This document shows positions 39,101-49,379 of a DNA stretch of 64,000 nt, piece after piece (positions within the stretch are counted from its first letter, which is position 1; each line of letters opens with the position of its first letter). A program made the position numbers and the translations under genes. Below the pieces are notes generated by a model that saw nothing but the letters and a program-made list of their open reading frames with translations, searched no databases and was not told where the DNA came from. This DNA comes from Balanoglossus misakiensis (Eukaryota; Animalia; Hemichordata), in the NCBI GenBank assembly GCA_040954595.2, contig JBECUI020000046.1:1-64000 (forward strand), written 5' to 3'.

Positions 39101-42029
39101 CCCCACTCAAACGGTAAGGACAAACGCATCTGGTGCGACTGCACCGGGGGTAGTCAATAAGGATACTATTACGAAGGATAATGCGGTAAGCGAGAAAGGA
39201 ACCCTTGCTCTGAACTGGGATGCCGCTACTCGTGGAACAGATCTAAACGGTAATTTAGTTGCGAACACCTACACCGTCCAGTATCGGGTAGAAGGCGAAA
39301 GCGCTTGGATCAATGGAGGAACAGTTGCGACACCGAGCATAACCATAACCTCTCTTGATGAAGCAAGCCCGTATGAGATCCAAATTCGTACGAACAATTC
39401 TAGCGATCCTAGCTTGGAAAGTGCGTGGACAGCTCCGGTTACATTAGTCAGTAACGGTATAGGACAGCTGGAGATACATGACAATAACGGAAAGATAACG
39501 GAACTGACCATAGATGTTAATCAAACAAAACAGCTACTAGTTCCCCATACATTCTTTGTTAATGTGGCAAATACGAATATACTCTGGACAAGTTCCGATG
39601 AAACAAAGGCAACAGTAACACCAGCAGGAGTCATTTCTGCAGTCTCGGACGGTACGGCAACCATTACGGCAACAGCAGAGGCAGATCCTACAAAATCTGC
39701 AATGGTAACAGTAACAGTATTCGCTGTGGCAGATATTGTTCTTTACAACACCGCAAGCATTACGACAGATGCTGGGCAGGAAGCAACATTAGCTCCAGCC
39801 CCACAAACTTTACCTGCAGGTGCAGCATTATCGTATACTGCCACACTTGAAAACGGCCTTCCTTTGCCTGCTGGCGTAACTGTAGGAACTGATGGGCTTA
39901 TAACTGTTTTAGGGACTACTCTGGCGGGTACCTATCAGATAGTGGTAACAGCCACTGTTGATGGATATTCTGATTCTGCGTCCCATGCCATAACCTTAAC
40001 AATTAATTCGGTTGTACTGACGGGAACGGTTTCATACGGCAATAATCCGGTTGTATCATCACTGACCCCGCTATCTGTACTTACAAATACTCTAAATGCT
40101 CCGAACCCCGTATGGAGTATCTCCGGCAACCCTGCAGGCATGACGATTGATCCCATAACCGGAAGAATATCGGTAACGGATGCTGTTTCTGCTCAGGCAT
40201 ACTCGGTAACCATTACGATAGCATCTGGAACTCCAGGCATTACGGGAACAGTGGATTTGAATCTTTCAGTAACCGTGGAAGATGCACCAATTCAATATAA
40301 GGCTGATCTCACTGTTGAGGACCGGGCATATTTCGGCATGGGAGATATTGATAATCCCTTTCTTTTTCTTGTAGCGGGAAGGACGGCAACAGACGGTTTA
40401 ACAGCAACGATAGAGATAAAAGATGCAACGGGAGCCACTAAAAATGCAAACACCGATGCTACCATTACTGTATCTCTTGATGAAAATGGAAATACCATAG
40501 TTGGTGCTGGACCTCAAATGACCTATGCTGAATGGTCAACTCTAGGACGCACGATAACCATAGACATTACGGTAGTAGATGCTGGTACAGTTCTGGTCAC
40601 TTCTTCATTGGCCAAAACAGTGCGACCACTGGGAGAAATTTACAACTGGCGTGATCTTCAGGCAATGAGACATGATGTAAGCGACACTGCTAATTATTTC
40701 TTAAAGGCAGATATAACCATACCTGCACCCGATACCTACGCCATACCGAGTACTGGATGGTCGCCGGTCGGGAACCCCTTTCGCGGTACCTTAGCGGGAA
40801 CACGAACTGACGGCGTAACTGATCGCTATAAGATTATCAATCTGACGATAAACAACACCAGCCGAACTGCGGGTTCAGGACTCTTTCGAATGATTCGAAG
40901 TAGCAGTCCGAACTCTATTCGTGTTAGAGACATTCTTTTTGTTAATCCTTCCATCCGTGTGGCAGCTCTGGCAGGAGTCTTGGTAGGAAGAATATATGCT
41001 GCCTCAGTAGAAAGGGTAGCAGTGGAAAGTAGTGGTGCAGTCCTTACTGGGCTATCGGGGGAGGTTGATCTTCGTGCTCTCTCCTACAGTGGCAGTGACA
41101 AAGGTATGTTCTTAGGGGGCATTGTTGGTGCCATGGAACGAGGGCGCCTTATTGCCGTTCATAACAGCGGGGATATAGTTCAAGAACGAGGCAATTTTGG
41201 TCAGGGACGTGTTGGTGGAATTCTAGGGTGGGGTGTTGCCGTGACTGTAATAGGAGGTTTTACTGGCGATATTAGAGGAGATGATAATTATTTTGGGGGG
41301 ATTGCTGGAGAAGCCAAGACGGCCGATGGTGATCCTACGCAGATATTTGGCTATTCTACCGGTAACATATATAGTAGCAGAAAAGGACACTTAGGGGGAC
41401 TAGTAGGGCGTAGTCAACGCTGGAGCGGCCAGTCTGTTAATAAAATAAACCAAATAAGGGGTTATTCGACTGGTAGCATCAGTTCTGATGGTCAGGCCTT
41501 GGAAATTTCATACACAGGTGGGTTAGTTGGCTATTTCCTGCGTATGGTTGATGTACAAGGATTTTTTGCGGGTTCGGTAGCAACTTCTTTTGCAAATAGT
41601 CAATTTACATTTATTGCAGAGGGTGGATTTCATGAAACTACTCCTTTTGCTATTCGAGGGTATGTTGATCAAACTACTGCGGGAACTACTACGATGCTCG
41701 GTTCATCCCTAAGAGGAGGAATAACAGACGTACAGAGATTGCTAGGTGAGGGCTCCCTTACTCGCAGAGGAACGGGAACTGATGCAGACCCGTATCAATA
41801 CTTTGATACGAAGAATACTGCCGACGAAGCCGATGATACAGAGATTTTTCTTGCCGACGACCATTGGACCATGCATAGCTCCTTTGGTGGAGAAACAGAT
41901 GCGGACTCAGACGGGATTCCCGATCAGATTGGCGACTGGGTCTGGGTAGGCGACGGCAAATGGCCAAGTCTCTGGGATACGGCTGACGGATATTACTTCG
42001 GAACCCAACCCGATAGAAAGACCCCGTAG
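36109..42029 (+). pseudogene. Giant surface lipoprotein paralog 4 (~1973 aa if repaired), 1-bp frameshift at ~37461
   Basis: gccgaGGagcg here versus gccgaGGGagcg in paralogs 3 and 5; both ORF halves are near-identical to paralog 3 across the break. Confidence 0.88.
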
Positions 42030-42051
42030 AAATCGATAGAATCCGATAGAT

Positions 42052-42083
42052 AGCAGCGGAGCATAACCTCCGCTGCTTTTTTT
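42052..42083 (+). terminator. Rho-independent terminator
   Basis: Same hairpin as 35806 + T-run. Confidence 0.88.
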
Positions 42084-42117
42084 GTTTGAGGTAGAGCCAA
42101 AAAATCAAGTAAAATAT

Positions 42118-42210
42118 GCACCTACTTCAATCAAAACCGCACCTTTCGCAGTAGTTCTTAATACCACCCCTGAAAAAAATTGATAAATATCCGCACCTAC
42201 TTCAATCAAA
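42118..42210 (-). repeat. Partial hairpin element between paralogs 4 and 5
   Basis: Matches the truncated unit at 29156-29240. Confidence 0.85.
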
Positions 42211-42322
42211 CATGTATATTTTGCTTTAGGGGCTTGTCGTTTGCATATTTTGACACTATAATATATGACTGTATAAAAAATATACCAAAGTACATTACTC
42301 AATAAAAACAGAGAGGTTATAA

Positions 42323-45300
42323 ATGAGTTATAAAGCATTCTTGATTGCTATTAGTGTTGTGTTAGTTGTTGTTCTTTCAGCTTGTGGGGGTGCATCTGGA
42401 GGAGGGGGAGAAACGATAGTTGTTGACCCGGCAACGGGAGTGCGTGCACAATTCGTAGCAGCCGATGCAATTACAGTTTCATGGTCTGCACCCAGTACAG
42501 GCACAGGCACCTATACGTACACCATAACCCTAAGTTCGGGAAATACACCGGTACAAACAATAGATGATGTATCGGGTACATCGTATACATTTTTAGGATT
42601 GCAGTTAAATGCGGAAACAGTCTACACAGTAGAAGTCGTAGTCAAGCAGGGCACTTCTTCTTCTCAGGTAGCAAGTGTTGATTTACCGGCAACCGGTAAG
42701 GTTGCAGAAGCAGGAACAAGCGTAAGCGATGTAGCAACTGCTGCAGGCGATGATGCTGCAACTCAGATAAGGGTATCGTGGACAGCCCCGACTGAACGTA
42801 GCGATGTTCAGGGATATACAATCCAATTAACACCAACAAGTGGAGCAGCCTTAGATCCTATTTCCGTTGCTGCTGGCGAGCTATCTACCCTTATTTCCAA
42901 CCTTGATCCGGCAACGGAGTATGCAGTTGAGGTTACAGCAATATATCCAGACGGAGATAGTACTTCCATACCGGCACCTGCCACCGTACAAACATCAGCC
43001 GAACAGCTGGGCACTTTGGAACCATCAGCATCTCAATCAGCCCGATCCATTACAGTTAGTTGGCAAGCCATTTCCTCCCGAGACCTGACCTATACGGTCT
43101 ATTTGGCAACAACAGAGACCGGAATAATAGATGCGGCGAATGAGCAGGCAGCCCCATCCTTTCAAGCAGATTTATCCCTCTGGTCATTGACCATTGATGG
43201 GCTAGAACCGAATACCCCCTATTACATTGTTGTTACCGTACCGAGCGAAAACATAGAAAGTGCTCCTTTGCAGGTAACAACATTTGGATTGGAGGCAGTA
43301 GCCCCCAATATGGTGAGCAACATTGTAAAGGATGATGCCGAGAAGACAGCAGGCAACCTCAAGTTGAACTGGCAGGACTCACAAGGAACAGATACGAATG
43401 GGCATACTGTTGAAAGCATTTACACTGTAAAGTATCAAAATCTGAGATCAAACGAAGAGTTCATTCAAGACGGTATAAGGGACACGACGACCTTTACCTT
43501 AACCGGCTTGGCAGAAGCGACCGATTACGCTATTCGTATACAAGCAGTAAACAGTTTTAATTCCGATTTAGTAAGTGACTGGACCGACCCACCTGTAGTT
43601 CTTACCAGCAACGGTATTAAACCTCTGCTTATTCAGCAAAATGGCGTGGACCTAACTACTCTGACCTTGGCAATAGCCGAGGGAGCGATCCTAAGTGTTC
43701 CCTCATCGGTTTTTGTTAATGTAGAGAATACGAATATTGATTGGGAAAGTAGTAACGAACAGGAAGTTTCGGTGCTGAATGGAGAGATAAGGGCATTGGC
43801 AGTTACCGATGGCCTAACAATTACGGCGACATCAAATGCAGATGCGAGTAAAACTGCAACGGTTACAGTACAGGTAACAGGGTTTGTGGATGTGCAGAGA
43901 TCATCGGCAGCAAGACGCATTACAGTTCGCTGGGAACCAATTTCAGCAGCAGAACTTACATACACCGTCTATCTGGCAACTGCGGAAGCAGGATTAATTG
44001 ATAATGCCAACAAGCAGGATGCACCGACACTGGATCCGGGTACCGGTTGGTGGACATTGGATATTACCGGATTAACCCCGGAAACATCCTACTATGTAGT
44101 GGTGCAAGCGGAGAGTCAAGGAGGTGCAACGGCAACAAGTGCGATCTTAACAATAGACACACGAGCCTCAGGTGTTTCGGCTCCCGATGCGGTTTCAGGA
44201 ATAGTCAAAGATAATACGGAGAAGGGGCAAGGAAACTTAAAAATTAACTGGCTTGCATCTGAAGGAACCGATGACGACGGCAATCCAATTGCAAGCACGT
44301 ACAATGTTGAGTATCAAAATCTGAGATCAAACGAATTGTTCACTCAAGAAGGTATAACGGACACGACTCTTACACTAACAGGCTTGGACGAAGCGACCGA
44401 TTACGCTATTCGTATAGAGGCAGTGCATAGCGTTGATATAACTAAAGCGAGTCCTTGGACAGAACCGCCTGTAACCCTTACCAGCAACGGTATTCGTACA
44501 CTTGAGATACGAGATGCCAATGGCAATGAGATCCCCGGGAACACGTTGACTCTTCCTGTTGGACAGCAAAAAACCCTAACAGTTCCTGCATCATTGTTTA
44601 TCAATGTTGCTGATGCCAATGTAAATTGGACAAGTTCCGATGAAACAAAGGCAACAGTAACAGGAGGAGTTGTTTCTGCAGTCTCAGACGGTACGGCAAC
44701 CATTACGGCAGCAGCAGCGGCAGATTCAACAAACACGGCAACTGTAACGGTAACTGTGCCCGGATTAGAGAACGTCATCCTGTATGACCCGGCAACGCTT
44801 ACAGCTACCTATCCGGTTACCACTGCAGTCCTAGGAGCAAATCCGCAAGGACTTCCGGTTGCCGGTCTGGAACTATCCTATACGGGAACACTAAGCGACG
44901 GAAATCCATTACCTGTAGGCATAAGCCTTGCATCGGATGGAACCATTAGTCTGGATTCGGATGCAGAACTTGGTACATCCACACTCAGCATTACAGCAAC
45001 AGCAGATGGCTATACCAGTAGTGCAACCCAAGACCTAACAGTAACGGTAGAATCCCCACAAGCAAGAGAGTTTGTTATAGAATCTGAACCATCAGCAACA
45101 AGCATAGTACTGACTTGGGCACCCATCGTTGATATTGATGTTACTTACACCGTCTATTTTTCTGATACGAGTACTGATATAGAAAACCCAGCCAATGAGC
45201 AGGCAGCCCCGACACTAGTCGAAGGGAAATGGACAGTTACCATTGATAATTTGGTACCGGAGACTGACTACTATGTAGTCATTACGGCGATATTAACTGG

Positions 45301-48300
45301 TGTTGTAGATGAAACAAGCCCCACTCAAACGGTAAGCACAAGCCAATCTGGTGCGACTGCACCGGGGGTAGTCAATAAGGATAGCATTACCAAGGATAAT
45401 GCGGTAAGCGAGAAAGGAACCCTTGCTCTAAACTGGGATGGTGCTACTCGTGGAACAGATGTAAACGGCAATTTAGTTGCGAACACCTACACCGTCGAGT
45501 ATCGGGCAGAAGGCGAAAGCACTTGGACCAATGGAGGAACAGTCGCGGCACCGGCCATAACCCTGACATCTCTTGCCGAAGCAAGCCCGTATGAGATCCG
45601 AATTCGTACGAACAATTCTAGTGATCCCAATAATCCTCTTTTGGAAAGTGCGTGGACAGCTCCGGTTACATTAGTCAGTAACGGTATAGGACAGTTGGAG
45701 ATACATGACAATAACGGAAAGATAACGGAACTGACCATAGAGGTTAATCAAACAAAACAGCTACTAGTTCCCCATACATTCTTTGTTAATGTGGCAAATA
45801 CGAATATACTCTGGACAAGTTCCGATGAAACAAAGGCAACAGTAACACCAGCAGGAGTCATTTCTGCAGTCTCAGAAGGTACGGCAACCATTACGGCAAC
45901 AGCAGCGGCAGATCTCACAAAATCTGCAACAATAGCAGTAACGGCAGCACTCATACAGGGAAGAGAGTTTGTCATAACATCTGAACCATCACCAACAAGC
46001 CTGGTACTGACTTGGGCACCCATCGTTGATATTGATGTAACCTACACCGTCTATTTGTCTGATACGAATGCTGATATAGAAAACTCAGCCAATGAGCAGG
46101 CAGCCCCGACATTAGCTGAAGGAAAATGGACAGTTACCATTGATAATTTGGTACCGGAGACTGACTACTATGTAGTCATTACGGCGATATTAACTGGTGT
46201 TGTAGATGAAACAAGCCCCACTCAAACGGTAAGGACAAACGCATCTGGTGCGACTGCACCGGGGATAGTCAATAAGGATACTATTACGAAGGATAATGCG
46301 GTAAGCGAGAAAGGAACCCTTGCTCTGAACTGGGATGGTGCTACTCGTGGAGCAGATGTAAACGGCAATTTAGTTGCGAACACCTACACCGTCGAGTATC
46401 GGGCAGAAGGCGAAAGCGCTTGGAACAATGGAGGAACAGTCGCGGCACCGGCCATAACCCTGACATCTCTTGACGAAGCAAGCCCGTATGAGATCCAAAT
46501 TCGTACGAACAATTCTAGTGATCCCAATAATCCTCTTTTGGCAAGTGCTTGGACAGCTCCGGTTACATTAGTCAGTAACGGTATAGGACAGCTAGAGATA
46601 CATGACAATGACGGAAAGATAACGGAACATGCCTTGAATATGGGTCAAACAAAACAACTTTTTGTTCCTGATACATTCTTTGTTAATGTGGCAAATAGGA
46701 ATATACTTTGGTCAAGCTCGAATACGGCAGTAGCAACCGTATCGCTGGGAGGAGAAGTTACTACAGTCTCCGGTGGCGAGGCGACCATTACGGCAATAGC
46801 ATCGGCAGATTCTACAAAAAGGGCAACAATAACAGTAACCGTAATCAGCTTAGCAAATCTTGTTCTCTATAGCTCTGATAGCATTACAACGGATTTTGGT
46901 CAGGAAACAGTTTTAGATCCGGCACCACAGGTTGATCTACCGACAGGTACAGTATTATCGTATGTGCCGGGGACCCTGCCAGATGGGGTAACGGTACAAG
47001 GAAATGGACGAATAGCAGTGTCCAATAGCGTAATATCGGGAACTTATCAAATAGAGGTTACAGCCACTGCTGATGATTTTTCTGATTCTGCCTCACAAAT
47101 ACTAACCCTAACGGTTAATACAATTTCATTGTCGGGAACCGTTTCTTATGGCGATGCTCCGACTATAGCGACAGACAAAGAGCTTCTTGTAGTTGCGGAT
47201 ACTCTGAATGCTCCGAACCCAGTGTGGAGTATCTCCGGTAATCCTGCAGGCATGACGATTGATTCCACATCCGGTAGAATATCGGTAACAGAATCAGTTG
47301 TTCATCAAGAATATACGGGAATAACTATTACAATAGAGTCCGGAATAGCAGACATTACGGGAACAGTATCTGTAACAATTTCAGTAACTGTAATCCCTGC
47401 ATCACTGCAATACAAGTTTGACCTCAGTACTGATGATCAGCAATACTTTAGCATAGGAGATATTGATAATCCATTTCTTTTTCATCTGCTTCACGTAACT
47501 GCAACGGATAGCTTGACTGCGACAGTTGAGATAAAAGATACAGGGGGAAGAGTCAGGAATGCAAATACCGTTGCTACTATTACTGCATCTCTTGATGAAA
47601 ATGGCAATGCCATTGTTGGAGTTGGTCCTCAAATGACCTATGCCGAATGGCAAAATGTCGGTACTGAGGTAACTATAGATATTACAGTAACAACGGCAGG
47701 TACTACAGAGCCAAAGAGAGCTTTGCTTACCAAAGCAGTGCGACCACCGAATGGAGAAATTTACAACTGGCGTGATCTTCGGGCAATGAGACATAATACA
47801 AGCGCAACTGCTAATTATTTCTTAAAGGCAGATATAACCATACCTGCACCCGGTACCTACGACATGCCGAGTACTGGATGGGCGCCGGTCGGGAACCCCT
47901 TTCGCGGTACCTTAGCGGGAACACGAACTGACGGCGTAACTGATCGCTATAAGATTATCAATCTGACGATAGACGACACCAGCCGAACTGCGGGTTCAGG
48001 ACTCTTTCGAATGATTCAAGGTAGTTCATTTGTTGATCTTCGTGTTAGAGATATTCTTTTTGTTGATCCTTCTGTCAGTGTGGGTGCTGTGGCAGGGGTC
48101 TTGACGGGGATCTTATACAAGGGAACAGTGGAAAGGATAGCTGTGGAAAGTAACGGCACAGTTGTTACTTCGTCAGGGAGCACCTCTTATAGGTTTGTTA
48201 GTGCAAATACTTCGTCGACAGGTGCGCTTATCGGAGGTATTGCTGGTGTTGTTGATACAGGAAGAATGATTGCTGTCCATAACAGTGGGGATGTAGTCCA

Positions 48301-49117
48301 AACTGGGATAAGTTCGGGATTAGATGCATTTGTCGGTGGAATTGTAGGTAATGGATATTTTATTGATATAATAGGCGGAGTTACTGGTAATGTTCGTGCC
48401 ACAGGTATTTCTGTAGGCGGGATTATCGGATATACCTTCGTGAAACCTGGTGCAAGGGCAGTGGTATATGCGTATTTCACTGGTACTGTATACACCCATG
48501 GAAACTGGGCTGGTGCATTATATGGACAGGTAAACAACCTGGGGACTGGTGATCCAGATCCAGTACATATTCAAGGTTATGCAACTAATAACATCAGAGG
48601 CGGTAGAGTTGGTGGTCTGGTAGGACGTTATCGTGCTCGGATAAATCTATTAGGATTCTTTGCTGGCAGTGTAACTGGCACTAGCGAGCGTTATACATTT
48701 GTTAGCACAGCTCAATTAATGAAGGAGGCTGGTGATAAAGCAATTCGAGGGTATGTTGATCAAACTACTGCGGGGACTGGTCGTACGGTCGGTACACCCC
48801 TGGTGGGCGGAACAACAGACGTACAGAGATTGATAGGTGAGGACTTCCTTACTCGCAGAGGAACGGGAACAGATACAGACCCGTATCAATACTTTGATAC
48901 GAAGAATACTGCCGACGTAGCCGATGATAGAGAGATTTTTATTGCCGACCATTGGACCATGCATAGCTCCTTTGGTGGAGAAACAGATGCGGACGCAGAC
49001 GGGATTTCCGATCAGATTGGCGACTGGGTCTGGGTAGGCGACGGGAAGTGGCCAAGTCTCTGGGATACGGCTGACGGATACTACTTCGGAACCCAACCCG
49101 ATAGAAAGACCCCGTAG
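42323..49117 (+). CDS. Giant surface lipoprotein paralog 5 (2264 aa)
   Basis: Same lipobox and stalk as paralogs 3 and 4; one extra duplicated module; distinct tip. Confidence 0.92.
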   Translation: MSYKAFLIAISVVLVVVLSACGGASGGGGETIVVDPATGVRAQFVAADAITVSWSAPSTGTGTYTYTITLSSGNTPVQTIDDVSGTSYTFLGLQLNAETVYTVEVVVKQGTSSSQVASVDLPATGKVAEAGTSVSDVATAAGDDAATQIRVSWTAPTERSDVQGYTIQLTPTSGAALDPISVAAGELSTLISNLDPATEYAVEVTAIYPDGDSTSIPAPATVQTSAEQLGTLEPSASQSARSITVSWQAISSRDLTYTVYLATTETGIIDAANEQAAPSFQADLSLWSLTIDGLEPNTPYYIVVTVPSENIESAPLQVTTFGLEAVAPNMVSNIVKDDAEKTAGNLKLNWQDSQGTDTNGHTVESIYTVKYQNLRSNEEFIQDGIRDTTTFTLTGLAEATDYAIRIQAVNSFNSDLVSDWTDPPVVLTSNGIKPLLIQQNGVDLTTLTLAIAEGAILSVPSSVFVNVENTNIDWESSNEQEVSVLNGEIRALAVTDGLTITATSNADASKTATVTVQVTGFVDVQRSSAARRITVRWEPISAAELTYTVYLATAEAGLIDNANKQDAPTLDPGTGWWTLDITGLTPETSYYVVVQAESQGGATATSAILTIDTRASGVSAPDAVSGIVKDNTEKGQGNLKINWLASEGTDDDGNPIASTYNVEYQNLRSNELFTQEGITDTTLTLTGLDEATDYAIRIEAVHSVDITKASPWTEPPVTLTSNGIRTLEIRDANGNEIPGNTLTLPVGQQKTLTVPASLFINVADANVNWTSSDETKATVTGGVVSAVSDGTATITAAAAADSTNTATVTVTVPGLENVILYDPATLTATYPVTTAVLGANPQGLPVAGLELSYTGTLSDGNPLPVGISLASDGTISLDSDAELGTSTLSITATADGYTSSATQDLTVTVESPQAREFVIESEPSATSIVLTWAPIVDIDVTYTVYFSDTSTDIENPANEQAAPTLVEGKWTVTIDNLVPETDYYVVITAILTGVVDETSPTQTVSTSQSGATAPGVVNKDSITKDNAVSEKGTLALNWDGATRGTDVNGNLVANTYTVEYRAEGESTWTNGGTVAAPAITLTSLAEASPYEIRIRTNNSSDPNNPLLESAWTAPVTLVSNGIGQLEIHDNNGKITELTIEVNQTKQLLVPHTFFVNVANTNILWTSSDETKATVTPAGVISAVSEGTATITATAAADLTKSATIAVTAALIQGREFVITSEPSPTSLVLTWAPIVDIDVTYTVYLSDTNADIENSANEQAAPTLAEGKWTVTIDNLVPETDYYVVITAILTGVVDETSPTQTVRTNASGATAPGIVNKDTITKDNAVSEKGTLALNWDGATRGADVNGNLVANTYTVEYRAEGESAWNNGGTVAAPAITLTSLDEASPYEIQIRTNNSSDPNNPLLASAWTAPVTLVSNGIGQLEIHDNDGKITEHALNMGQTKQLFVPDTFFVNVANRNILWSSSNTAVATVSLGGEVTTVSGGEATITAIASADSTKRATITVTVISLANLVLYSSDSITTDFGQETVLDPAPQVDLPTGTVLSYVPGTLPDGVTVQGNGRIAVSNSVISGTYQIEVTATADDFSDSASQILTLTVNTISLSGTVSYGDAPTIATDKELLVVADTLNAPNPVWSISGNPAGMTIDSTSGRISVTESVVHQEYTGITITIESGIADITGTVSVTISVTVIPASLQYKFDLSTDDQQYFSIGDIDNPFLFHLLHVTATDSLTATVEIKDTGGRVRNANTVATITASLDENGNAIVGVGPQMTYAEWQNVGTEVTIDITVTTAGTTEPKRALLTKAVRPPNGEIYNWRDLRAMRHNTSATANYFLKADITIPAPGTYDMPSTGWAPVGNPFRGTLAGTRTDGVTDRYKIINLTIDDTSRTAGSGLFRMIQGSSFVDLRVRDILFVDPSVSVGAVAGVLTGILYKGTVERIAVESNGTVVTSSGSTSYRFVSANTSSTGALIGGIAGVVDTGRMIAVHNSGDVVQTGISSGLDAFVGGIVGNGYFIDIIGGVTGNVRATGISVGGIIGYTFVKPGARAVVYAYFTGTVYTHGNWAGALYGQVNNLGTGDPDPVHIQGYATNNIRGGRVGGLVGRYRARINLLGFFAGSVTGTSERYTFVSTAQLMKEAGDKAIRGYVDQTTAGTGRTVGTPLVGGTTDVQRLIGEDFLTRRGTGTDTDPYQYFDTKNTADVADDREIFIADHWTMHSSFGGETDADADGISDQIGDWVWVGDGKWPSLWDTADGYYFGTQPDRKTP
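45065..46710 (+). repeat. Intragenic tandem duplication, ~897-bp period (FN3-FN3-Big_2 module)
   Basis: agagagtttgt..ta..atctgaacc at 45065 and 45962, followed by near-identical sequence. Confidence 0.85.
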
Positions 49118-49139
49118 AAATCGATAGAATCCGATAGAT

Positions 49140-49172
49140 AGCAGCGGAGCATAGCCTCCGCTGCTTTTTTTT
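49140..49172 (+). terminator. Rho-independent terminator
   Basis: Same hairpin as 35806 + T-run. Confidence 0.88.
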
Positions 49173-49212
49173 GTTTGAGGGAGTGCCAAAAAATCAAGCA
49201 AAACATGCATAA

Positions 49213-49284
49213 ACTTCAATCAAACACACAGATTTCGCAGTAGTACCTTATACCACCCCTTAAGGGTGGGGGTTGTGGATGGGG
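49213..49284 (-). repeat. Hairpin element copy after paralog 5
   Basis: acttcaatcaaac...taccaccccttaagggtgggggttgtggatgggg. Confidence 0.88.
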
Positions 49285-49379
49285 AGCAGGGCATAAAAAA
49301 ACAAGCCCCCCATGCTCCGACAACATATCCAGTCTGAAATGCTAGTATTTTCAGGCAGAATAAAGTATACTATCATTGT

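Noticed and set aside
29353-49117. Diversity-generating retroelement acting on the tips
   Set aside because: No reverse transcriptase in the window, and differences between paralogs are not adenine-specific
105-49219. Many short antisense and alternative-frame ORFs inside the giant genes
   Set aside because: Shadow ORFs of Thr/Val/Ala-rich coding sequence; they recur only because the host genes are duplicated
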